From Terriglobales bacterium (GTDB taxonomy: Bacteria > Acidobacteriota > Terriglobia > Terriglobales > Acidobacteriaceae): a DNA stretch of 64,000 bases. The stretch covers positions 80,257 through 144,256 of the forward strand of contig JAICSO010000010.1 in the NCBI GenBank assembly GCA_025936825.1. The letters run 5' to 3'. How positions within the stretch are numbered: position 1 is the stretch's first letter; each line of letters opens with the position of its first letter. Shown here piece by piece: positions 17,775 to 25,768 of this stretch. Below the pieces are notes generated by a model. The model worked only from the letters and a program-made list of their open reading frames with translations, did not search any database and had not been told where the DNA came from. The translations under genes and the position numbers were made by a program.

Positions 17775-18171
17775 AGGGACGCTCCTTAGATGTTTCCAGG
17801 GAGCCGCCCTCAGCGACAGCAGCGTGGCCGGTCGAAGCGGGGCAACTCGCGAGTTCTGAAATTTCCAGAAGAAGCATCCCGGCTTCAACTTTTGTAGCAA
17901 ACGTCTTGACGCAGGCCGGCGTCTCGGCGGGCCGTTGAACGTTACCGTGCTGCAGATCGATTTTCCATCCGTGTAGGGGGCAAACGACATTGTCACCGGT
18001 CACGATGCCGTCGGCCAGCGGTCCGCCGCGGTGAGGGCAGCGATTGTCGACGGCCAGAAACTTCGCTCCGAGATTGAAAACAGCGATGGAGCGATTTCCA
18101 ATGACGACTTCGCGGCCTTCACGCAATGGGATGTCATCGCAATACGCAACTCGAATCCATTCGTTGCTCAT
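17752..18171 (-). CDS. nirD: Nitrite reductase [NAD(P)H] small subunit (Rieske-like)
   Basis: 139 aa. MSNEWIRVAYCDDIPLREGREVVIGNRSIAVFNLGAKFLAVDNRCPHRGGPLADGIVTGDNVVCPLHGWKIDL is the NirD/Rieske-fold signature. The start forms an ATGA overlap with the nirB stop (18168-18171). Confidence 0.85.
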   Translation of the reverse strand: MSNEWIRVAYCDDIPLREGREVVIGNRSIAVFNLGAKFLAVDNRCPHRGGPLADGIVTGDNVVCPLHGWKIDLQHGNVQRPAETPACVKTFATKVEAGMLLLEISELASCPASTGHAAVAEGGSLETSKERPCEDLRFS

Positions 18172-20576
18172 GCGAGCACCTCCTGAAGCGGAGTGATTTG
18201 CACGAACTGGGTCGCGGTTTGAGGATCGTCACGTTCCAGCCACGCGTCGCGCGAGTGTGCCTTTGATTTCCTCAGGCGGTCGCGCAAAGCGGCCTTCATC
18301 GCATCCGGTGCGTAGATGGTTTCCTTGCGGACCTTCTCAATCCCCAAACGCTCGACGAAGTCATAAGTGCGTTCGAGATAGTTTGCATTTTCGCGGTAGT
18401 ACTGCAGGAAGAGACTCGCCGCATCGAGTGCTTGTTCCGTGGTCTCAACGGTGATCAGCAGATCGGCTTTGCGGACGCTCTTGCCTGCTGCGCCTCCGAC
18501 AACCACTTGCCAGCTGCCGTCCTGACCGACCAGGCCGATGTCTTTGACGGTTGCTTCGGCGCAATTACGAGGACAACCAACTACGCCCATCTTCAACTTG
18601 TGAGGGGTGAACAGGTTCTCGAAGCGGCGCTCGAGTTCAATGCCGGCGCTGGTCGAGTCCTGCGTACCGAAGCGGCAGAAGTCCGTGCCGACGCAGGTTT
18701 TCACCATGCGGATTCCTTTGGTGTAAGCCTGCCCGGAAGGCATGCCGAGGTCCGCCCAGACTTTCGGCAGGTCTGACTTCTTCACGCCGAGTAGGTCAAT
18801 TCGCTGGCTGCCGGTGATCTTCACCATGCGTACGTTGTATTTTTCGGCGACATCGGCGATACGGCGAAGTTCGTCAGGCGAAGTCACGCCACCTCGGATC
18901 CGCGGTACAACTGAAAATGTCCCATCCTTCTGAATGTTGGCGTGTACGCGGTCGTTGATGAAGCGGGTCGAGCGATCTTCGTCGTGATCGCCGCACCAGA
19001 GCATGTCGAGCATGTAACTCAGCGCCGGCTTGCAAACTTCGCAGCCGAACCCGTTGCCATAAATGTCGAGAACTTCCTGCACCGATTTCAGCTGTTGGCT
19101 CCGCAGGATCTCGCGGAGGGTGTCTTCGGTAAAGGGAATGCATTTGCAGATCGTTTTCTTCGTGTCTTCCTGAAAGTCTGGTGCTACCGCCTTCAGCAAA
19201 GACTGGCACAAGCCCGCGCAACTGCCGCAACCGGTTGAGGCGCGTGTGTGTTCCTTTAGTTGTGCCATCGTGCACACGCCTTTTTCGTGGATGGCCTGAA
19301 TGATGGCGCCCTTGCTCACACCCATACAGCCGCAAACGGTTTCGTTGCCCGACATGTGGGCTACGTCGAGGCCGGTATCGGCTGATGAGTCAGGAAAGAG
19401 AAGCTGGCGTCGCATGGCGCTCAGGTCTTTTTGGGAGCGCAGCCAATCCATGTAGTTGTGGCTGTCGCCGGTGTCGCCGACCAGAATCACACCTGAGAGC
19501 TTGTTGTTCTTGAGCGTGAGCTTCTTGTAAACACCGAGAGATGGATCTTCGTAACGGATGACTTCCGAGCCATCGACTTTGTCGTTGATCTCACCCGCGG
19601 AGAACACATCGACGCCCATGATCTTCAGCTTGGTGCCGAGCACGGTGCCTTCGTAGGTTGGGCCTTTGTTCCCAGTGATCGTGGCAGCAAGAACCTTGCC
19701 CTGCTCGATGAGCGGAGCGACCAGGCCATAGCAGACTCCGCGGTGCTGCACACATTCGCCGACCGCAAAAATGTCGGGATGCGACGTTTCCATGTAGTCG
19801 TTAACGACGATGCCGCGCTTGATTTCGAGGCCAGCTTTTTCGGCGAGAGTGATATTGGGACGAATGCCGGCAGCAATCACTACGAGTTCCGTAGGAATGC
19901 TGCCTCCGCCCTTGAACTCCACACCTTGCACGTGGCCATTTCCGAGAACTTTGGTTGTGCTGAGGCCAAGCAGGACCGTGATGCCCATCTGGTTCATCTT
20001 GGTCGCGAGATATCCGCCCCCAGTAGGATCCAGTTGGCGCTCCATCAAGGTTTCCATCAGGTGGACAACTGTGACGTCACAGCCTTGGATCTGGAGTCCA
20101 CGTGCGGCTTCGAGGCCGAGCAAACCACCGCCAATGACAACGGCCTTCAATGCTGGACGCGCGCGCTCCAGCAGTTGGTGCGTGTCGTCGAGATTACGGA
20201 AGACGAAGACGCCGTCCTTCTTTACGTCTTCAATGGAAGGAATCAGAGGCATGCTGCCGGTTGCAAGCAGCAACTTATCGAACGAGGTCACGCTGCCGTC
20301 ATCGCCAGTGATGGTTTTTGCAATAGGATCAACATCAACAATGCGCACACCAAGCCGGAGATCGATGTTGTTCTTCTCATACCATTCGAGCCCGTTTAGA
20401 ACGATGTCATCGGCCGACTTTTCTCCGGCAAGTACTGACGACAGCAGAATGCGGTTGTAGTTGACGTGAGTTTCGTCGCCAAAGATCGTGATCTGGAATT
20501 TCGGAGCATGGCGCAGGATCTGCTCGACGCAGGCCACCCCAGCCATTCCATTTCCGACCACCACTAACTTTTCCAC
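18168..20576 (-). CDS. nirB: Assimilatory nitrite reductase [NAD(P)H] large subunit (FAD/NAD, BFD-like 2Fe-2S, siroheme/4Fe-4S domains)
   Basis: The track ORF runs to 20657. An in-frame GTG at 20576 is preceded by GGAGG with a 7-nt spacer and gives VEKLVVVGNGMAGVACVEQIL (Rossmann GxGxxG). The BFD-like motif is VCGCMGVSKGAI...TGCGSCAGLC. The sulfite/nitrite reductase ferredoxin-like and 4Fe-4S/siroheme region reads VKTCVGTDFCRFG...VVGCPRNCAEA. Confidence 0.9.
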   Translation of the reverse strand: MEKLVVVGNGMAGVACVEQILRHAPKFQITIFGDETHVNYNRILLSSVLAGEKSADDIVLNGLEWYEKNNIDLRLGVRIVDVDPIAKTITGDDGSVTSFDKLLLATGSMPLIPSIEDVKKDGVFVFRNLDDTHQLLERARPALKAVVIGGGLLGLEAARGLQIQGCDVTVVHLMETLMERQLDPTGGGYLATKMNQMGITVLLGLSTTKVLGNGHVQGVEFKGGGSIPTELVVIAAGIRPNITLAEKAGLEIKRGIVVNDYMETSHPDIFAVGECVQHRGVCYGLVAPLIEQGKVLAATITGNKGPTYEGTVLGTKLKIMGVDVFSAGEINDKVDGSEVIRYEDPSLGVYKKLTLKNNKLSGVILVGDTGDSHNYMDWLRSQKDLSAMRRQLLFPDSSADTGLDVAHMSGNETVCGCMGVSKGAIIQAIHEKGVCTMAQLKEHTRASTGCGSCAGLCQSLLKAVAPDFQEDTKKTICKCIPFTEDTLREILRSQQLKSVQEVLDIYGNGFGCEVCKPALSYMLDMLWCGDHDEDRSTRFINDRVHANIQKDGTFSVVPRIRGGVTSPDELRRIADVAEKYNVRMVKITGSQRIDLLGVKKSDLPKVWADLGMPSGQAYTKGIRMVKTCVGTDFCRFGTQDSTSAGIELERRFENLFTPHKLKMGVVGCPRNCAEATVKDIGLVGQDGSWQVVVGGAAGKSVRKADLLITVETTEQALDAASLFLQYYRENANYLERTYDFVERLGIEKVRKETIYAPDAMKAALRDRLRKSKAHSRDAWLERDDPQTATQFVQITPLQEVLA

Positions 20577-20619
20577 TCGACAACCTCCACTTGGAGTACT
20601 GACGAAAGACAAAACCCTG

Positions 20620-20690
20620 AACCACAGAGGACACAAAGGTTCACAGAGGAACGCCACAGAGGTTCTCTGTGGTGCATCTGTGTAGCTCTG
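20620..20690. repeat. Intercistronic CACAGAGG repeat element with a perfect 8-bp hairpin
   Basis: CACAGAGGA occurs at 20623-20631 and 20642-20650, and CACAGAGG at 20655-20662. The third copy is the left arm of the perfect inverted repeat CCACAGAG (20654-20661) / GTT / CTCTGTGG (20665-20672). The element lies in the 144-nt nasA-nirB spacer. Confidence 0.5.
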
Positions 20691-20720
20691 CGGCTGTTGT
20701 GATGGAGCTTTATCATTTCG

Positions 20721-22925
20721 CTATCTCCCGTTCCGCTTTCCATCTACCGGATGGCTCAGCTTCACGCGCACGGCACACTGTTTGTAATTCGGTTCACGAG
20801 AAATCGGATCAAATGCGCTCTGCGTTACCTGGTTGGCGTTGGTCTCGACAAAGTGGAAGGGCATGAAGACCTGACCGGGCGCGACGATCTCAGTAATGCG
20901 AAGCTCGACGTTCTTCACTCGGCCCCGGCGCGAGATCACATCCACACGATCGTGCGGTTTCAGCTTGAGTGCCTGCGCATCACGGGTGTTCATTTCGAGC
21001 CACGCATTGGGCGACATGCGTTCGAGGATGGGCACCTTGCCCGTCTTGGTACGCGTGTGCCAATGCTCGACAGTGCGCCCGGTGTTCAGTACCAAGGGGA
21101 ATTCTCGATTCGGTTGTTCGGGGAATGGCTTCCATTCGATACAGAACAGCTTCGCTTTGCCATCCTCGGTCTGGAACTTGCCATCGGTGTAAAGGCGCGT
21201 GGTCTTGATTTCTGTCGAGCCTTCAGGAAATGGCCACTGCACGCCACCGTTGTCTTCGAGCATTTCGTAGTTCATGCCGGAGTAGTCGCAAAGGCGCCCG
21301 GCGGAAACGCGCTTCCATTCCTCGAAAGCGTGTTTAGGGCGGCTCCATCCCGGGAACAACTCCTCGCGACAACCAAGCCTGTTGGCGACTGCAACGAATA
21401 TTTCGAAGTCAGACCTTGCCTCACCCGGCGGATCAACCGCAAGATTTACCTTGCTGACGCGGCGCTCCGAGTTCGTATAGGTCCCCTCCTTCTCGCTCCA
21501 GATGGCGGCAGGAAGGACGAGATGCGCTAGTTCCGAGGTGGGTGTTGGATGAAATCCGTCCTGCACGACCAGGAAGTCGAGTGTCTCCAGCCCCTGTTTC
21601 AAAACATCAAGGTTCGGAAACGACACGATCGGATTAGTCGCAATAATCCACAGCGCACGGATCTTTTTGCTGACTGCGGCTTCAATGATGTCCGGGTACG
21701 CCAGCCCCCGTGAGCTTGGAATGCGATCAGGAGAGACGTTCCACAGGGCCGCCAGATCGTTGCGATCTTCTTCCCTCTCAAATTTCCGATAGCCCGGCAA
21801 ACCCGAAGTGAATCCGGCTTCACGCGTGCCCATCGCATTGCACTGGCCGGTGATTGAGAATGGTGAGGCACCTTCGCGCCCGATGTTTCCGGTGATCAGT
21901 GTAAGATTGTTGATCGCGTTGACTGTTTCGGCGCCCTGTGTGCTGTGATTCACGCCCATGGTCCAGCCGATCAGTGCCGCCTTGGAAGTTCCGTACAGAT
22001 ATGCCGTGCGAAGGATGAGGTCCTCGCTCAGGCCGGTGATCTGCGAGACATACGCCGGAGTGTACTTTGCTACTAACTTTTCGAGTTCTGCGAATCCCGT
22101 AGTGTGCTGGTCAATATAGTCGCGGTTGATCATCCCAGTGCGAATGAGCACGTGGATCAGGCCATTGATTAGAGCGATGTCTGACCTGGGCTTAAGCGGT
22201 AGAAACAGGTCCGCCATCATCGCGGTTTTGGTGACTCGGGGATCGGCGACGATGAGTGTCTTATGCGGATTCGCGTCAAGGTGCTGGCAAAGAATCGGAT
22301 GGTTATCGGCAATGTTCGCGCCGATCAGAAAAATGACATCCGCCTTGCGCAGGTCTTCATAGGCGCCTGGCGGCCCGTCACTGCCGAAGGAACGTTTGTA
22401 CCCTGAAACCGCACTGGCCATGCACAGCGTTGTGTTTCCGTCGTAATTCTTTGTGCCGAAACCAAGCTGCACTAGTTTTCCCAGTGTGTAGAACTCTTCC
22501 GTGACGAGCTGCCCCGTGCTGATCACGCCCAGCGAATCGTGACCATATTTTTCCTGCGTGCTACGAAACTTCGCGACCATTACGTCGAGGGCTTCGTCCC
22601 AGGAAATCCGCTCTAGTTTGCCCTTCTTGCGCAACAGCGGATACTTGGCGCGGTTTGAGGCCTGCAGCGTGTGGTGTTCAGAGAGTCCCTTTGGACACAG
22701 TTTTCCCAGGTTGACGGGATGGTTCGGAATTCCCCGCACCGCAACTGCCCGGTTATCTTTCACGCCGACGAACATCCCGCAGCCCACTGAGCAATAACCG
22801 CAGGTGGTCGAAACCCAGCGGTCGGGAATTTTCTGTGCCGAGGTGTAACCGTGATCGGGATCGCTGGCGTAGGAATACTTGTCCGCAAGGATGTCGAGGC
22901 CGATCTGCTGCTTAAAACTCTTCAC
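20721..22925 (-). CDS. nasA: Assimilatory nitrate reductase catalytic subunit (molybdopterin oxidoreductase, NasA/NarB type), cytoplasmic
   Basis: 734 aa. The N-terminal 4Fe-4S motif is TTCGYCSVGCGMFVGV...LGKLCPKG. Molybdopterin and C-terminal barrel domains are present, ending ...QVTQSAFDPISREPNYKQCAVRVKL. There is no twin-arginine signal. The GTG start at 22925 forms a GTGA overlap with the upstream stop and is preceded by GGAGG. Confidence 0.85.
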   Translation of the reverse strand: MKSFKQQIGLDILADKYSYASDPDHGYTSAQKIPDRWVSTTCGYCSVGCGMFVGVKDNRAVAVRGIPNHPVNLGKLCPKGLSEHHTLQASNRAKYPLLRKKGKLERISWDEALDVMVAKFRSTQEKYGHDSLGVISTGQLVTEEFYTLGKLVQLGFGTKNYDGNTTLCMASAVSGYKRSFGSDGPPGAYEDLRKADVIFLIGANIADNHPILCQHLDANPHKTLIVADPRVTKTAMMADLFLPLKPRSDIALINGLIHVLIRTGMINRDYIDQHTTGFAELEKLVAKYTPAYVSQITGLSEDLILRTAYLYGTSKAALIGWTMGVNHSTQGAETVNAINNLTLITGNIGREGASPFSITGQCNAMGTREAGFTSGLPGYRKFEREEDRNDLAALWNVSPDRIPSSRGLAYPDIIEAAVSKKIRALWIIATNPIVSFPNLDVLKQGLETLDFLVVQDGFHPTPTSELAHLVLPAAIWSEKEGTYTNSERRVSKVNLAVDPPGEARSDFEIFVAVANRLGCREELFPGWSRPKHAFEEWKRVSAGRLCDYSGMNYEMLEDNGGVQWPFPEGSTEIKTTRLYTDGKFQTEDGKAKLFCIEWKPFPEQPNREFPLVLNTGRTVEHWHTRTKTGKVPILERMSPNAWLEMNTRDAQALKLKPHDRVDVISRRGRVKNVELRITEIVAPGQVFMPFHFVETNANQVTQSAFDPISREPNYKQCAVRVKLSHPVDGKRNGR

Positions 22926-24484
22926 GCGGCCACCTCCACTCCGCTGGCAATGTAGGAGGCGGCAATGTTTTTGGGCACGACGCTCACATAAAAGAGATAC
23001 CGCCCGAGAACTTCGCCGGCCAAAGCTGAGGCAAACGCTGCAGCTAATCCCAATCGAGTTGGAAATAGAAGCGGTAGCGCTATACCGCCTGCCATCAGGA
23101 GTGCCCCACGAATCAGGAATCGCGACGCCAAAACCGTGGAGAGCAAACGCGCTGTCGACTGCCGCTCGAACGAATCCGAGGCATTAAGTCTGAGAAAGCG
23201 CAGAGCATTGTTCAACAGTTGAACGGACCCCGCCCCAACGGAAAGCACTAGCAGGAGCCTTCCCGATCCCACGCCGATATTTGCAGCGAACAAAGGCCCG
23301 AGAATGGCGCCGGTCAGGAAGAAGTCGGCAATCGTATGCTTGCTGTTCCATGCGGGGCGAGCGCGCACCAAGTAGATGCATGCACTCGCGGTGATCCCAC
23401 CTGCGCCCAGCAGCGCCGTCAATCCGCCTAGCGCGGAACTCAACGGAAGGCGCAACAGCAACGATCCCGCATAAGCGCCGGCCATACTTGAGAACGCGCC
23501 GAACATCAGCACCTCGCGGCTCAGCCATGAGCGCTTCCACATCTTGAGGGCGCGGTATGCATGAATGGGTCGCCCCAGGTGCATGGTCGAAGCGCCCAGT
23601 GCGAGACCGCCCACCATGAGAGATCCAAGTGCCGCTATGCTCAGTTTTTCCGACGCGCCCCGCAATTGGAGCAGCCAGATCGCGGCGAATGCGCCAACCG
23701 AAAGCTGAGTGAGAACCGTCATGATCACCAGCGGCCAATGTGGATGCTCGGGTTTTACGCGCCATGCATCAGCTTTTCGTGTGTCGGGAGGCATGTGCTC
23801 GGGCAGAGTGATGCGAGTGGTGGAAATGCTGTCGTCGGCAGAAGGAAGCCCGGGAGCGTTTGCATTCTCGGCATACTCGCGCCTCCACTGCTCGATGTTG
23901 ACAATCTCTATGCGGATCGCGCCTTCAGGGCATGCGTTCACACAGGCGGGTTCGCGGCCGTCTGTCAGGCGCCCGTAGCACATGTCGCATTTGCCAACTA
24001 CACCGCGCTCAGCGTTGTACTGTGGCACGCCGTAAGAGCAATTCCACGTGCAGTACTGGCAGCCGATGCAGGTTTCGGGGTTATGCTGCACGATGCCAGT
24101 AACGGGATCCTTCTTATATGCCTCGACCGGGCAGCCGATCAGGCATGAAGGCTCAAGGCAATGGTTGCAGCCCATCGAAATGTGAAGGCGTTGCGTATTT
24201 GGATAGAAACCGCCCTCAATCTCGCCGACGCGGCGCCAATTGATGTTGGCCGGGTTTCCATTTTGCTCGTTGCAGGCCACCACGCAGCACTTGCAACCGA
24301 TGCACTGCGTCATATCGAAGTGAAAACGGTACTGCTCGCCCGGTTGAAGATCGCGTTGCGGTATGCGTGGCGCGGGTGCGGTGGTCGCGATTTGATATAG
24401 CTGCTCTTCGGCGACAGCCGAGGCGCTCATCACGAAAGTAAAGCCATCTTCCCGCGCACGCTCAATGAGTGGCAACGAACTCAT
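22922..24484 (-). CDS. Fusion protein: four-cluster 4Fe-4S ferredoxin domain (DmsB-like) plus an 8-TM DmsC/YnfH-like membrane anchor
   Basis: The track ORF runs to 24676. I prefer the ATG at 24484 (MSSLPLIERAREDGFTF), which has GGAGGA just upstream. There are four Cys groups: CIGCKCCVVAC, CNHCLEPSCLIGCP, CIGCQYCTWNC and CDMCYGRL...CVNACP. About 8 hydrophobic helices follow, including MHLGRPIHAYRALKMWKRSWLSREV, which is the DmsC-family signature as I recall it. No signal peptide. Confidence 0.8.
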   Translation of the reverse strand: MSSLPLIERAREDGFTFVMSASAVAEEQLYQIATTAPAPRIPQRDLQPGEQYRFHFDMTQCIGCKCCVVACNEQNGNPANINWRRVGEIEGGFYPNTQRLHISMGCNHCLEPSCLIGCPVEAYKKDPVTGIVQHNPETCIGCQYCTWNCSYGVPQYNAERGVVGKCDMCYGRLTDGREPACVNACPEGAIRIEIVNIEQWRREYAENANAPGLPSADDSISTTRITLPEHMPPDTRKADAWRVKPEHPHWPLVIMTVLTQLSVGAFAAIWLLQLRGASEKLSIAALGSLMVGGLALGASTMHLGRPIHAYRALKMWKRSWLSREVLMFGAFSSMAGAYAGSLLLRLPLSSALGGLTALLGAGGITASACIYLVRARPAWNSKHTIADFFLTGAILGPLFAANIGVGSGRLLLVLSVGAGSVQLLNNALRFLRLNASDSFERQSTARLLSTVLASRFLIRGALLMAGGIALPLLFPTRLGLAAAFASALAGEVLGRYLFYVSVVPKNIAASYIASGVEVAA

Positions 24485-24968
24485 ATTCCTCCGGCCGTTC
24501 GAGAGACACTGATCCCACGTTGAGATGACCTGATGCCCGATCTTCAACAAAAGCAGGTGGACACCACTCACCTTGCTATGTAACTGAGCTTCTTGCTGGA
24601 TACGGCCCGGTATCCGGAGGACTTCCAACTTCTGGGTTCGGGCCTCGAACAGGGAGGCGGGGTGCCAACTCCGCACGGGAGAACTGGCTGACGGGAAAAC
24701 TCGCGACTGGCACTAGGTAATCCAGTGAGCAGGTTCGCCGCGTCTTCTGACTCACTTGTAGCGGAGTCAAAAAAGCATTGGAAATTAAAAATTCTTTTGC
24801 CGGCGATAATCGGAAACCCAGTCGCTATTTCTTTGATTTTGCGTATCGAACTCGATCGGGCGCCGTGGGCACGTCAAATTCCTAAATGCACCTCATCGTT
24901 TTTTTGAATTGGGTGGCTACCGATTTTCTGTACTAATAGCAACAACCAACGCCATTGGAGGAACAAGC

Positions 24969-25616
24969 TTGAGTAGCGTACGGTCGCGGATTTCGGCGGA
25001 GAAGAAGGAGCTGTTCCCTGTGTTCCTCAAGCTCGCGCAGCAGAGATCTCTGGTAGTCGGTGCAGGAAAAACCATGGAAGAGAAAATCCCGACGCTCCTG
25101 GCGTGCGGAGCATCGGTCACCGTGGTTGCTCCAAATGCGACACCGAAGATCCAGAGACTAGCACAGGCGCAAAAAGTAGTCTGGCTTCAACGACGGTATG
25201 AAAGCCGAGATTTGGACGGTATTTTCCTGTGCGTTGTCGCGACGTCATCAAAGGCGACGAACCAGGCCGTCTTTGAACAAGCTCAGCAACGCGGAGTTTT
25301 ATGTAACGTTGTACGCGATGGAGCACACTGCAATTTCTATTGCCCAGCAGTCGTGAAACGCGGACCGCTACAGATTGCAATCTCTACAGCTGGACACTCA
25401 GGAGCTCTCGCCAAGCGGCTTCGTGAGGAACTGGAGCGTGAATTCGGCCCCGAATGGGAGAACTGGCTGCGCTGGCTGGGTGAGGCGCGGTCCTCTTTAT
25501 ATGACGATCCACTCTCCCCGCGCCGGCGCCGCACCATGCTGCACAAACTCGCCAGCCGGAAAACCCAGGAAGAGATGTTTCGCCGTTGGGGTTTATCTTC
25601 CGGGGCAAAACGATAA
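24969..25616 (+). CDS. Siroheme synthase N-terminal-type enzyme (precorrin-2 dehydrogenase / sirohydrochlorin ferrochelatase; CysG-N / SirC / Met8 family)
   Basis: The track start is the TTG at 24909. An in-frame TTG at 24969 follows GGAGGA with a 6-nt spacer. LFPVFLKLAQQRSLVVGAGKTMEEKIPTLLACGASVTVVAP (NAD-binding) and NFYCPAVVKRGPLQIAISTAGHSGALAKRLREELE match the family. There is no uroporphyrinogen methyltransferase domain. Confidence 0.8.
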   Translation: MSSVRSRISAEKKELFPVFLKLAQQRSLVVGAGKTMEEKIPTLLACGASVTVVAPNATPKIQRLAQAQKVVWLQRRYESRDLDGIFLCVVATSSKATNQAVFEQAQQRGVLCNVVRDGAHCNFYCPAVVKRGPLQIAISTAGHSGALAKRLREELEREFGPEWENWLRWLGEARSSLYDDPLSPRRRRTMLHKLASRKTQEEMFRRWGLSSGAKR

Positions 25617-25768
25617 ATCATCCAGCATGAGTGTGCTTTAGTGCGCGGAAAGCGTCCTCCGGGAACTACTAGTTGCCCGCACTCATCAAGGTGTTCGCGT
25701 CCACAGTTGAGCAAGGCCGGTCATTTCTGGAATAGAACGTGCTTGTGGCAACATCAGGGCATCGCTAA

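Noticed and set aside
17775-17996. N-terminal 74-aa extension of the narK track ORF. Likewise 20577..20657 for nirB, 24485..24676 for the FeS fusion, 10098..10277 for the TonB receptor, 53260..53361 for the LRR protein and 29621..29824 for the membrane protein.
   Set aside because: The extensions overlap upstream genes or translate intergenic repeat sequence, lack SD motifs, and read as non-protein-like sequence. Internal starts with SD motifs or ATGA/GTGA coupling give canonical N-termini.
24708-24723. TGGCAC in the nas/siroheme divergent region
   Set aside because: It is followed by TAGGTAATCC, so there is no GC dinucleotide at the -12 position. It also lies about 260 nt from the plus-strand gene it would serve.
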